Shown: positions 1 to 12,140 of the stretch, piece by piece | Layout of the letters: each line of letters opens with the position of its first letter | Numbering within the stretch: position 1 is the first letter of the stretch | From: Heptranchias perlo | Taxonomy: Eukaryota | NCBI RefSeq assembly: GCF_035084215.1 | Contig: NW_027138407.1 | Coordinates: 930,001 to 994,000 of the forward strand | Length of the DNA stretch: 64,000 nt | Direction: 5' to 3' | The notes under the pieces: model-generated | What the model saw: only the letters and a program-made list of their open reading frames with translations | The model's database searches: none | Told to the model about the DNA's origin: nothing | Made by a program: the position numbers and the translations under genes

Positions 1-183
1 TTTCGAAGCGGGAGATTCAAGCACTCGGTCCGCGAGACATCCATCTGTGAAAACATTCAGACAATGAAACACTGGAACACAGTGAATAAAACATATTCCC
101 GGTTATTGAGTCCAAATCCTGAACCTACTTGTTAGCAGCACCACAATGGCGGGTAATACATTAGCTTGTATCGAGTAGCACAT
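1..183 (-). CDS. TCR alpha/delta-type V segment, GLEW family, 5' part only (continues beyond the window start)
   Basis: Leader exon 183-129 (MCYSIQANVLPAIVVLLT, phase-1 GT donor). AG acceptor at 46-45; exon from 44 reads GCLADRVLESPASK. Near-identical to the start of the V at 23020-23448. Confidence 0.85.
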
Positions 184-654
184 CCTCGCAATTAAGATGT
201 AAATAAGAAAACGGCACACAGCTCACATCAGATGATCTCGAACCGAGTGAACACAGTGAACAGTCGGAGAAACAAAGTCAGCGCCGCTCAGTTAAAGTCT
301 CAGTCACGTGTGTCTGCTGCTTTTCGATTGGCTGGTAATAGCTATTATTCACACAAGATGTGCGTAGGCAGTTTGTTGATCTGCTCTCACTTCTCCTGGG
401 TTCACATCTGGACCTATCAATTGTCCAATGGGCAACTCACTCGTCTTGAGGTGGGACGTGAGTTGAGTCCCATCCCTTTGTGTTAGTCTCCCTCTAAAGA
501 GAGATGCCTGGCGCTGAATGATTGGAAACAAGTCAAACTCTTTCACCGGACTCGACCGTCCAATAGATGAGCCGGGGTGATTGTAACGGAATCTACCAAA
601 GTGTTGCTCAGAGAGGAGATATTGTACGAGAGCTGCGCCATTTCCCTCACCGTG

Positions 655-1046
655 GCTCAAGGCACAGTAATAGATTGCGGTATCCGCCAACTCTGCCTGG
701 TCGATGCCGAGAGTGCTCAGTCTTTGATCCCTGTCGGTGTAGATCTTAAACCGGCCTTGCTGGTCCTCTCCTTTGAATCCACAATGAATGAATACCGGGG
801 CCTCGCTCACCAGTCGGCTGTACCAACAGATGCTATTGGTCGTGTTGAACTCGCACGGAATCCTGACGGGATTTCCTTCCACTGCGAACTCTTCGGCAGG
901 CTGAGAAATCTGGGCGAAACTCGGAGCATCTTTGGACACAATTTGAGAATTGTTAGATTCAAACAGTTTTATAAAGTACGGTGATTGGAATGATATGTGA
1001 AATACTCACAGGTCACGAACAACAGGAACACTTTTATTACGCCCAT
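655..1046 (-). CDS. TCR alpha/delta-type V segment, apparently functional
   Basis: Leader 1046-1010 (MGVIKVFLLFVT, gtgagt donor). V exon 929-655: QISQPAEE..IPC..ICWYSR..GRFKIY..DTAIYYCALS. RSS CACGGTG(654-648)-22bp-ACAATATCT(625-617). Confidence 0.9.
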
Positions 1047-3068
1047 GGCTGTCTTTCTTTTCTCCGATCGTTGACGACAGGTTTATAATTCTCGAGTTCA
1101 GCTGATTGTGGTTATTTTGGAGACTGCAACTCATCAATGCGCACGCGCAGAATCATGCCGCAGACTCCGCCTCTTCACAGCTGCAATGGGTCCGAAGCAT
1201 CTCTTTCGCCTTCTGGGATTCCATGTTCAAATAGGGGCAATGATTCCCGCCTTTGGAGACCGGGGGTGGGAATGAATCCCGTATCTGGTTATTATAACCG
1301 GGAAGCACAGGATTGTTAATGGTGACAGAAAACTTCCCAGCATTAAAGGGTATTTCTGATGGACAATGGACATTGGGGGAACTCTGTGCTCGGAAGTTTT
1401 TTTTAAAGAGCACAGTCACCGCGTTGTGAAATCTGTTCATTGTGTATAAACTTTTTCTAACACGGCAAAATACTGTGATCAAATTAACCTTGTGTACAGG
1501 CCGCGATCAAACATTCCTAAAAATTGACATGGTTTACCCATCTCGGGGCGTCAGCTGACCGACGCAGCAGTTTATTACTGTGCGCGGAGACTTACAGTGC
1601 GGGAAAGCAGTTGTACCCTCGTAAAACAACTGCCGCCCTTGTGCAGATTAAAGGTAGAGTGAGTCCAGAGGGAGCAGCAAGAAACATGTGACTGTGGGAA
1701 TTTTGACACTGTTCGGATACTGGATGAAAACAACCAGTTAGTGTATCTATGGGACAGTTTCCACCGCTCATTCATGTGTTGCAGCGATACTGATCGCAGA
1801 TGTTGCTGAACATAAGACCAACTTCATGTTAAATCCTGCTTATTCCGTTTTATTTAATCGCTCAACCAAAACTGTTGAATGAAGTTAGTGGTTATTAGTA
1901 TAATATAAACCATAGAGATGCCGATGAGATGCCGACTATTAATTACTATGTCACATGGAGAAGATGCAGATCTGTCTCATGATTCCCACATATCCGATAT
2001 GGGATGTGAATTAAATCAACTGCTGATATTCTAAACTTGTCTCTGAGCTCCCGTTATTATCTTTTATCTATAATAAATGCGAGTTCAACTCACCGACGAA
2101 TATAATTCCGCAAGTGGACCTCACCTGTTCTCCTTGAGTGTTATGTTTTATTTCCATTTGCAGAACGTCCCCTGTGACTCTCACTGTGGATGCGGAATTA
2201 TTCGTTTTGTTTATCTGTGTGCGAGCGCCCTCTAGTGAGCACTAATTTGAACTTTCAGTGTTGTTTTTTTTTTGCACGGGGTGCGCAAAATTGCTGCATC
2301 AGTGTGGTGTTCATGAAACAGAAATACAGGGCGGTTTTGGAGATCGTGGCATTGCCGATGATTAGCTCGGAAATCTTATTCGTTTTATTAAACATGGAAG
2401 AGAACCGATTAGTTATGCTGGTGTTCCTGTATCCGTTCAACCGATAATATGAAGCATGTACTGTGGAGGAAGCCCGGGGTGCTGACTGTACCAGTAAATA
2501 TAAGGGGTACTGTCTCCTGTTCACAAGGTGCACGTTAGTGTGACGTTACTTCCATCTTCAACCATCATTTCAGGAACCGGTTTCATTGTGTCTTTGGCGG
2601 CGCTGATCAGTTGCGCTCGGAGCTGATGGAGCGGAAATGACGATGCTTGGGTCTTACGAAGTAAGCACGCAAACTGCCTCTGCTGACCGATCAAGAGACT
2701 GGGAGTGAAATGAAGGGAATCGACAGATCAGAAATAATGAGCGGGTTTCATCAGTTCTAATTTAGATCGTTGACAGACAATATCCGGGCACACGTGCTTT
2801 TATATATGATCCAAAGACCCTCAATCCCCTCAATTACCTCATTCCAAACCGGATTAAAAAGAATGCACAGCAGAGGGCGCCAACCGCACGCATGCTAATT
2901 AAGAGTCACATCGTGCAAACACTAAACCAATTGCGGTCGTAGCCGGAGTTACGTCACAATCAGGCCGGCCCCCTGCAGTGTGTGGGTGGAACAATGAGCT
3001 GAAGAGGCACCAGGTTTCCTCTCTCCATCTCAATCTCCGGCTCATTCAATTCCCAGTCACTGTGAGAC

Positions 3069-3591
3069 ATGTTTCTAATAATACTGGCGGCAGTGTTGGA
3101 CAGTAAGTACCGGATTGTATTAAAGAACACATGTTTGCAGATTGATTCACAGAGCTTGTCGGAGTTAGTTCAATTACCGATCAGAAATATCTCTATGATA
3201 GACAGCTGGGTAGATGGAAGGTTACACACTCACACAGATAGACACACATTTAGTTCGATTCTGTTTAAACTTGACTGTTTTTTGCCCTATCTTCATAGAC
3301 GGACTATGTGCAGATCGAGTAACTCAGTCTTCGTTGGCAAGAGAAGTGTCGGAAGGAGGATCGGTGCAGTTAGATTGCGAATATACAATCTCGGCTATTA
3401 ACGCCATGCAATGGTATCGGCAGAAACCGGCACAGCCTCCAAGGTGGATAATTAGCAAAGTAGCAGGACTAAATGGGGACGAAATCTCAGGACGATATCT
3501 GGCGGCTGTTGACGTGTCTAAAAAGTACGGTTACCTCAATATAAGCAGCCTGAGTGTGGAGGACGGGGCGGTCTATTACTGTGCAGTGAGG
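3069..3591 (+). CDS. TCR alpha/delta-type V segment, apparently functional
   Basis: Leader 3069-3102 (MFLIILAAVLD, gtaagt). V exon 3299-3591: DRVTQS..LDC..MQWYRQKP..DGAVYYCAVR. RSS CACAGCG(3592-3598)-23-ACAAAAACT(3622-3630). Confidence 0.93.
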
Positions 3592-4788
3592 CACAGCGTC
3601 AGATAAAAGCAAAGGCCCCGTACAAAAACTTCAGCGAGTATTTACAGCTCCATTAGGGTCTAGATGGTAACAGATAACCGGTGTTTGGTGAGCTGTGATC
3701 AGGTTCGCGAGGCACTTGTGTCCGCCTCTTTACCAGTAACCCACTGATGGTTTGTAGCACGTAAACTTCAAAACGGATCTCAAAGGGAACTATTAATTCT
3801 GTTTTAAACAGCCCGCGTGAGGCGAGGTTACCTGGAGCGCCTTCAACCGGTCAATGCTAATAGCTATTTTCTAGTATGAAAAGATTAACTTAGCATCCTC
3901 CTTCTTTCTTTCTTTTATTAATTTTCTATGTAATGATCTCTCCTACATATGATTAAGAGATAGATAGGCAACCACACCGAGGCGCGCACATACATGCAGA
4001 ACACTCTGAGCCATTTCCGAGGACCAGGGAGCTGTTTTATCTATGTTATCACCAATATTGTGTGGGGCGCACTCTCTCTGTCTGACAAGGGATTCCCAGA
4101 AGGGAATTGGATACATACCAGAAGAGGAAAATATTGCACGGCAGTGGGTTTGTGGAACTAATTGGATAGCTCTTTCAAAGAGCCGGCACAGGCATGATTG
4201 GCCGAATGACCTCATTCTGTGTTGCACGATTCTCCGATTCCATCGAAAGAGGACAGAAGAAAAATCAAAGAGACACTAGGGGGCGACATTGGCCCAGGAG
4301 AACGATCACCATGTCGTTCCAGGTTGTGGCCATTTGTTGGCTCCGTGGAACGAATTTCCTTCGTCTCTCGGTCGCTGTTTGCTACATGTAAAATATCACC
4401 AACTGTTCCCCGGTAACACTAAAAACAGCTCAGTACAGTCTATATAAAATGGCACTGCTACTTGCAGTGAACGAAAACATGAGGGGTGGGAATAATTCCT
4501 CTGTTCACAGAGTGCAGCGAATCGTAAATCCTTCCGCGGAGATTTCCTCAGGTCTCCATCTCTAAATGAATCCAAAATACGTTCTTTTTGAAATTAAGTT
4601 ATACACACACGCAGAGACTAAAGCAATCTCCCCCACGCCTACCCCGCCCCTCCCTGACGGCGTGACATCGTCACAAACGAATGTGACGTGGTTATGCCAG
4701 TCACAGGTTTAACAGTTCAGTCTGGCACTGGTGGCAGTGTTTGCGACTGCAGAGAAGTGGTAAATGCTCACATTGTGAACCCCTGAGA

Positions 4789-5235
4789 GTGCTGTGTTTC
4801 CCTGTTTATTTCAGTGGGGTTTTGGCCTTGTTTACGTTGTGTAAGTACACGTGGAATCCGAGTACAAAAAACACCAATAGGTCTGGTTAGTGGGGCGGAT
4901 ATCTGTAAATGTTCAATTTCTCTTGCAGCCGACAGCGTTGGTGGCGATTCCGTTCATCAAGACTATTCGGCCAGGACGGTGCGGGAAGGAGAAATGGTGA
5001 CGATGAATTGTAGTTTTACAACAACATCTGCAGCCCCTGAAATTTTCTGGTACCGGTAGTTTCCCGGTCGGGCGCCGGTAAATGTGTTGCTTATTACCAA
5101 ATATGACACGTTCCCAACCGACTTCGCCAAGGAACGTTTTACGGCAAAGCTGAACGCAGAGGAGAGCGCGGTTTGGCTGAGAATTTCCGAGGTGGAGCAG
5201 TCAGACAGTGCTGTGTATTACTGCGCTCTGAGACC
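4789..5235 (+). pseudogene. TCR V pseudogene
   Basis: Leader 4789-4840 begins GTG rather than ATG. V exon from 4929: GDSVHQ..MNC..FWYR*(TAG 5057-5059)..DSAVYYCALRP. RSS CACAGCT(5236-5242)-23-ACAAAAACT(5266-5274). Confidence 0.9.
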
Positions 5236-5710
5236 CACAGCTGCACAGCTCCGAGCCCGTCCTGTACAAAAACTGCAGCACTGTGTGTAAACCAAGCAGT
5301 GTGTATGGCCGGACTACGCGTCTGTAATGGTCCGAATAGGACAGTTACTATCAGCACACAATATCCCCACAGGGCAGCTCCCATCGGGTCTGAATAGAGG
5401 AGTCCGAATTTAGATTTAATTTATTCTTCAGTGAGGGACGAACAGGAGAAACCTCGCACACGTTTAATAGACCAACCGACCGTGTAATGTGTTCAAGTTT
5501 CCCCGCTTCACTGCATTTTTCATCTTTTTCACACCACATAAACCAACACAAAATATGCAGCTTTGCTGAGATTTGGGGTTTAATCAGCGGGCTCTAACCC
5601 ATCACATTGCTGAGTGTTTGTTTCATTTCTGCCGGTGTGTGACGGCTCGCCGCGAGCATTAAGTTCATTGTGCTCCAACATTTGCGTTTACACCGAGGAG
5701 TCCGCTCTCT

Positions 5711-5861
5711 GGGGTGGATTTCCTCTGGTCGCTATTTCTAGCGACGCAGTGAACGCATTCTAAAAGAAGGAGTAACGATTCCACTAACCGAGCGATCACA
5801 GGAGATCTCCCGCTCTGTTTGCGATGTCGCTAACACACCGAGACCAGAGGGAATCATCCCC
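5711..5861. mobile_element. MITE-like element with ~15-20 bp terminal inverted repeats; related copies at 22499-22639 and ~49015-49110
   Basis: Ends GGGGTGGATTTCCTCTGGTC ... GACCAGAGGGAATCATCCCC. The same GATTTCCTCT(G/T)GTC / GACCAGAGGA ends occur in the other copies. Confidence 0.5.
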
Positions 5862-6004
5862 TTGTGAGTCCACAGCAGAAGGCTAAACAAACCCGACCCC
5901 TGTCAACCTCCTCAGTCTGATTAGTGACAACGAATGAAATAAACTGAACATCTTCATCTGCATTCAAACAATATTTTTTCTCACTTTGGGGCGACTATCC
6001 TCAC

Positions 6005-6097
6005 ATCAGAGATCAGCTTTCTCTCTGATCATACTCTCTCTCAGGTCAATTCGAGATTAAACTGTCTCTCTGGTCAATTAGAGATCAAGCTGTCTCT
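6005..6097 (+). repeat. 28-bp minisatellite, ~3 units, upstream of a V promoter
   Basis: Units resemble TCAATTAGAGATCAAACTGTCTCTCAGA. Confidence 0.65.
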
Positions 6098-6171
6098 TTT
6101 TATTCGTGTTGCTCCCTCTGCTCTGCAGGATGTGACGTTATAATCCCAATTCTCTGAAATCAACACATGCT

Positions 6172-6193
6172 TGTGGTTAAGGAAGTGACATCA
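6172..6193 (+). promoter_or_regulatory. V promoter composite RUNX/ETS/CRE-like element
   Basis: TGTGGT-TAA-GGAAGTGACATCA about 95 bp upstream of the ATG at 6286. GGAAGTGACATCA recurs at ~12227-12239; related sequence lies upstream of 17847 and 32058. Confidence 0.6.
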
Positions 6194-6285
6194 GTCCAGC
6201 CCCAGCCGGCGCTCTCAGCTCCTTCCGTTTGATTTTCTGCAGGTTTCTGAGACACAAAAAGCCCCTCGAATCCGAAGCAGCAGCA

Positions 6286-7371
6286 ATGCGGCTCCCTGTT
6301 CTCAGTGTGGTGTGTGTGACATTCATTTTCGGTAAGAAGGTTGAAACTTTTAAAAGGGGTTAATTGCTGGAGGAAAAGAATTGAAAAGCATAGAAGTTAG
6401 GTTAAACTTGTATAGAACCTTGCTTCGACCTCACTTGGTGTACCGTGCACAGTTCTGGTCTCCATTTTACACAAAAACAATAGATGCACTGGAGAAGGTG
6501 AAAAAACTTACTCGGCTGATGCCAGAACTGAATGGTTACAACTATCAGCAAAGATAGAACTGGCTGGGCTTCATTTCTTTAAAAGGGGAAGGCTGAGGGG
6601 TGACCTGAAAGAGGGCTTTAAAAACGATGAAGGAAATTGTTAGGGTAGACAAAGAGAAAATGTTTCCGCTGGTGGGAGAATTCAAAATTAGTGGTGATAA
6701 ATATCAGATAATCACTAATACATCCAGTAAGGAATTCAGAAGGAATTTCTTTCCCCAAAGAGTGGTTAGAATGTGGAACTCGCCGCCACATTGAGTGGTT
6801 GAGGCGAATGGCGCAGATGCATTTAAGCGGACGCTAGATAAGTACGTGAGGGACAAAGGAATAGAAGGTAAAATGAAGTGGGATGGGAGGAGGCTTGTCT
6901 GGAGCATAAACATCGGCATGGACCATTTGGGCCGAATGGCCTGTTTCTGTGCTCTAAAGTCTATGTAATTCTATTTAAAACTCACTCCGCATTTAGATAC
7001 ATTTTCACCGTCAGTTCAGTTTGAACTTTTAATCGATGATTTCCGCTTTCTTTTACCGTGTGTTCCAGATTTGAGCGATGGCGTTTCTGTTACTCAGCGG
7101 GAGTCCTCGGTCACACAGACAGAGGGTGAGGCTGCCACTTTAAACTGCACCTATACCAACGATGGTGATTACTTATTCTGGTACCGCCAATACCCAGGCA
7201 GAGAACCCGAGTTTGCAGTCCGGAGGCACACGAACGGCGGTAATGAATATCAGGCAGATTTCGCCAAAAGCCGTTTTTCTGATACAGTCCTGAAGTCGGA
7301 CAAGTTGTACCGTTTGAGGATCTCGGAGCTGCAGCTGTCTGACACCGCGGTGTATTATGTGCACTGAGTCT
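6286..7371 (+). pseudogene. TCR V pseudogene (1-nt deletion at YYC), expanded 'GVSVTQRE' family
   Basis: Leader 6286-6331 (MRLPVLSVVCVTFIF). V exon 7069-7371 is open until TATTATGTGCA, where paralogs have TATTACTGTGCA; the second Cys is lost. RSS CACAGTG(7372-7378)-23-ACAATAACT(7402-7410). Confidence 0.9.
6345..6975 (+). mobile_element. CR1-like LINE 3' fragment inside the V leader intron
   Basis: Degenerate RT C-terminus (LY..L.RPHL.Y..QFWSP; RLRGDL; FF.QRVV.MWN) followed by the typical 3' tail GGGCCGAATGGCCTGTTTCTGTGCT. Confidence 0.85.
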
Positions 7372-7747
7372 CACAGTGATGGGAACGAACGAAAGCCTCG
7401 TACAATAACTGTCGCAGGTTTCTGGGTCACAGACTCTGTCTGTTGCGGGCTATTTATGACTGCGTGTCAGGCACTTCCACGTGAATGTATTCCTGTGCGC
7501 GGAGTCCCCGAGCAGACAGCTCACTTAAACCGTTCACATCGAAACAAATTCCTTCGGATTATTGTGTTAACTGTGTGAGGGCAGAATGTGGTTCCGTTTA
7601 TTTGTGTATACCAGGGAACTCGCCATTCCCATTGAGAATACCCACACCCACAGGTGGATTTGAATTGGTTATAACGGTGCACTCTTGCTTCGGATGTAGT
7701 ACATGGCAACGGCCAAAAAATGATTGGTTCAAAATATCAATTTGCAG

Positions 7748-8429
7748 TGTAGGCAGAGGTCGGCCAGGTGGAGAAAACCCCACTGATTCCAATCACTTCA
7801 TTAAACGTTTCTCAATATTAAAGACACTTACATATTAAAACTAAGAAGTTGCAATATATGCAAGTTCTTAGTGGTCATATTCAGGGGAAGATTAGAAGCT
7901 AATGAACAAGCAATAATGGACGTATAATCTATAAGAACAGATATGGTATGTTCTCGGCACTGCGCCACACAATGAGAAGACCGACTGAATGCAAGTGACT
8001 AATAGAGAACGCATCAAGAAAGAGGTGGTAGCGAGGTAAAAACCGTGAAAAGAACAATGTACAAAGACGAGACAGGGTCGCGCAAGATGACTTAATGGGT
8101 TGAAGTGTTCGGTATTAATTAAAACTAACCAGAGCATGTTGGCATGTTACGATCACGTTAGCAAGACGTTACTAAAACTATGGAAGGTACAACACACCAA
8201 AGTTGAGGGGACTTAAAGGATTGGAGCTTGAGGCAGTCAAGGAAGGACATGAAATCAACACTGCTCTCAATAGGAACGGGTAATATCGCTTCTATTATAT
8301 CTATTGCCTTAGCTGTTAAGATTGTTAGCAATCTGACGTATTAACTGTGCTTTGTCTTGTAATAAAAAAAAACAACTATTTAATTACCACAACAGTTTGG
8401 TCTAGTCTCCTTCTGAATATCTTGCAACA
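7748..8429 (+). mobile_element. Solo-LTR-like insertion
   Basis: TGT...ACA ends, flanks GCAG/GTAG (imperfect 4-bp TSD), AATAAA near 8361. Absent at the paralogous sites near 15200 and 29900. Confidence 0.5.
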
Positions 8430-10609
8430 GTAGCGCGGAAACGGTATTCACCGAATTGAAGCCAAAATTCTAAGGGAGAAATTCTAAATTATTCCACTGG
8501 ATGGCACCAAATCCATAGGAAACACACGGGTGCATCTGCATGCTGACGCCGATCTGTTCCCGTGGCAAGCAGGAGTTCGCTCACATGCAGAGTCGGCCAT
8601 TAACTGCTGAACTAAGGTTGCTGCAGATAACGTCACCCTTTGATTGGTCTGGAACTTGTCTACCAGTAACTCCATGTTTTTAAATCTTTTTGTGTTCCCA
8701 GAAAGCACTCGGGTTAAATTGGTGAGTTCACCTGCCCTCAGAGGAGTGGATTCGCCATCCTGCCTCTATCTCAATCGACGAACCCTGCGTAAAAATACAG
8801 AGTCCGGTCACTTCTACAAGGTCGAAAACCGGTTCTGTAAATAACTTCATAATCGGGTTTGAGATGATCTGATGAGATATGTGCAAATCCATTGGTAAAA
8901 ATGGTCCATGTATCTGATTGGAGCAGCTTAGTCTGACTGACGAACTCCTCGAGTGAGGACGCTTCACCGGTGAAAATGCAGGTTTGGAGACCATTGAAAA
9001 TCCGAGTAAACAATGGAAGGGCCCAGGAATGGCTCAGGAATTGTGTGTCATGAGGAGTGACTCACAGAAAGTATTTCAAAAAAATATTCTCGGGATGTGG
9101 ATGTCACTGGCAAGGCCGGCATTTATTGACCATTCCTAGTTGCCCTGAGAAGGTGATGGTGGGACTTTTTCTTGACGCGCTGCAGTGTAACGGTTCGATA
9201 CAGCTGATTCACTTCAGGAGGCAGTTAAGAGTCACCCACGTTTATTGTGAGACAGGAGTCGCAAGAGATCACGCCGGATAAGGACGGCAGGTTTCCTTCC
9301 TCTAAAGGGACATTAGAGAACAAGTTGGATTTTTTAGAACACTCTGACAGCTTCACGGCCACTTTTACTGATACCAGTTTATTATGTCCAGATATTTATA
9401 CGCTGAAGTCACGTTCTCTGGATTACGAGTCGAGGAACACAACCACTGCACTGACATACTCTGTGAGAAAGTTACAAGCAACTCACATTGGAACAGGAAA
9501 GGATACAGCGTCTGTTTTAATCACATTCCATTACATTTCGATGGATTTGTTTGTTAGTCGATTGTGGCTTTCGTCTTATGTACATGTAAACTTTCTGTGC
9601 AATGAATATAACGTTGGTTTGTCGGCCAGGACACCGGGAGAATTAATTTGGGATGTTTTTACGCTATCGCAAAATGTGCAGGATAAAAGTCATTCTTCAC
9701 AAATTCATTCTCAATGATTCTTAGCACCTTCGAATACAAAAAAGGTGATTCAGCCGCTCAAATCTGCACTTTCGTTCTCACTCCTCACACCGTTCAATAA
9801 ACCTCTAAATCCCCAATGTGCTTCATTTTTGATACAATTCACGCAGAGCGAGTCACTTAACACGTTCTGGCAGAATATTCGACATTCTTACCTCCTCTGT
9901 AAATAATGTTTTCTGACTATTAAAATGTCTCTTTCCAGGAGTGATATTTCCCACCAGGTTAAAATTTATTCGTCCGTCTGTTTCCACAGGGACCAGTAAA
10001 GTTTCTTCTTTCCTTTCCTTTGGTTCAATCTGCGATTCACCGGTTGGGTTGATGACCGGTCACCTCCTCCTGTGATTTCCTGGATTAGGTGTCCAATCTG
10101 CTCAGAGATTCTCTCCGCTCAAAACGACGCCCTCAGTCTGTCGGCAACGACAATAGCGGCAGCTCTGGGCTGGAAAGAGCTTGGAAGGTTGACTCAGTTG
10201 ATGACTCGGCAATGGAGGACCGCGGCTCCCACAATCCACAGCGGCAGAGAAAAGTCAATATCTGTGACACCAGGCGCGCGGCACTCTGGGGAACTGTTCG
10301 CACATGCGCACCTCACCATTTGTTTTTAACCCAACGTTTTTTTTATTCTCTCGCATGTGAGACTTTCACTTTTATCGAACAAGATGGGGCAGTTATTTTG
10401 ATGGAAACTGAAGGCACTTTTCGTTTCGATCTACCCGTTTTATGTAAATAAACGGCAGACATGCGCAGTGTATTACAACATACAAACATGGTCGATTGTA
10501 CGTGGAAAAAACATGGCCCACTGCACGTCACACAAAGAAGACCGACGGTTGTTCAAACAAACATTAACGATTATTCATGTAGCTGTGCAGGTGAATGATT
10601 TATTCATGC

Positions 10610-10788
10610 TGGATAATTCGCAAAGTAGCAACACTGAAGGGAGACAAAATTTCAGGACAATATCTGAAGGCTGTAGACGTGCCTGAAGTTTATGGTTACC
10701 TCAATAAAACGGCCTTCGTCTGGAGGAGGGGAGTTGGTTGAGGGGGTGGGGGTGGGGGAGGGGTGGTGTCTATTATTTTGCAATGAGG
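10610..10788 (+). pseudogene. 5'-truncated V remnant, paralog of 3069-3591
   Basis: WII.KVA..GD.ISGQYL.AVDV..YGYLN homology, a G-rich insertion, and YYFAMR (Cys lost). Heptamer CACAGCG at 10789-10795 with a shortened spacer. Confidence 0.8.
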
Positions 10789-11530
10789 CACAGCGTCAGC
10801 TCAAAGCAAAAACGTCAGCGAGTATTTACAGCTTGATTGGGTTCTGGATGGGAACAATTAACTGGTCCTTGGTGAGCTTGTATCAGGTGAGCGGACCAGT
10901 GGTGTCCGTCTCTTTACCTGCAACCTACTGATGGTCTGTAGCAGAAACAGTTCAGAAAAGCACTCAAAAGGCAATTTTAATTCTTTTTTGAACAGCCCGC
11001 CTGAGGCCAGGTTGACAGGAACACCCACAACCGGGCAATTTAGAATTATTTTCAAATATTTCAGCGTAACTTTACATCCTCCTTCTCGATCTCTTTTATT
11101 CATCTTTTCTAACTCTCATTTCTATGTATTATTGAGAGATAGAGACGACCACACTGAGGCGTACAATCTCAAGCAGAACACGCGGAGCCACTTCCGAGGA
11201 CTGGACAGCTGCATTATCTCTCTTTACAATATTCCAAATCTTTTATGGAACGCAGCCTTCCTATCAAGTAAGTAATTCCCAAAGGGAAATTAGATACATA
11301 CCAGAAAAGGAAAAAGAAGTGCAGGGCTTTGGGTAAAGAGCAGAGGAGTGGGACTAATTAGGTAGCTCATTCAAAGATTCGCCGAAGGCAAGATGGACCG
11401 AACCACATCCTTCTGTGCTGTGGAACTCTACGATTCTATGGAATGAACTCAGAAGAAAAGTTAAATGGACGAGTGGTAAGTTTGACTCAGTAGAACAGGC
11501 ACCGCAACATTCTAGGCTTTGCCCATTTGG

Positions 11531-11630
11531 TGGCAGAGAGTTTCCGTGGCGGAGCTGTCAGACAGCGCCGTGCATTACTGCGCTCTGGGACCATCAGCTT
11601 GCAGCTCCGTGCCCGTCCTGTACAAAAACT
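11531..11630 (+). pseudogene. 3' remnant of the V at 4789-5235 with a broken RSS
   Basis: ..SVAELSDSAVHYCALG, damaged heptamer, nonamer ACAAAAACT at 11622-11630. Flanks are homologous to ~5173-5330. Confidence 0.75.
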
Positions 11631-11756
11631 GTCGCATTGTGTGTAAATCGAACAGTGTGTGGCCGGGCACCTCAGTCTAATTCGTGACAGTGAGATAAAT
11701 CAACTGAACACCTTCATCGATATTCAAGCAATAGTTTTGTCACTTTCCTTCCCTCA

Positions 11757-12140
11757 CATCAATTAGGGATTAAACTGTCGCTCATCAATTCGAGAGCGAA
11801 TTGTCTCTCAGGTTAATTAGAGATCAAAATGTCTCTCATATCAATTAGAGAGCAAATCGTCTCTCAGATCAATTACAGAGCAAATTGTCTCTCAGTTGAA
11901 TTTGAGATGAAGCTGTCTGTCAGATCAATTAGAGATTAAACGGTCTCTGAGAACAATTGGAGATCAAACTGTCTCTCAATTGAATTTGAGATGGAGCAGT
12001 CTGTCAGATCAAACACAGATGAAACTGTCTCTCAGATCAATTAGCGATGAAACTTTCTCTCAGATCAATTAGAGTTCAAACTGTCTCTGAAGCAAATTCG
12101 ACATCATGCTTCCATTCAGGTCAATCAGAGATCAAGCTGT
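11757..12140 (+). repeat. 28-bp minisatellite, ~14 units, upstream of a V promoter
   Basis: Tandem TCAATTAGAGATCAAACTGTCTCTCAGA-like units. Confidence 0.85.

Noticed and set aside
11757-12140. CRISPR-like appearance of the 28-bp repeats (also the 62-bp array)
   Set aside because: Units are contiguous with no unique spacers, there are no cas genes, and the context is vertebrate.
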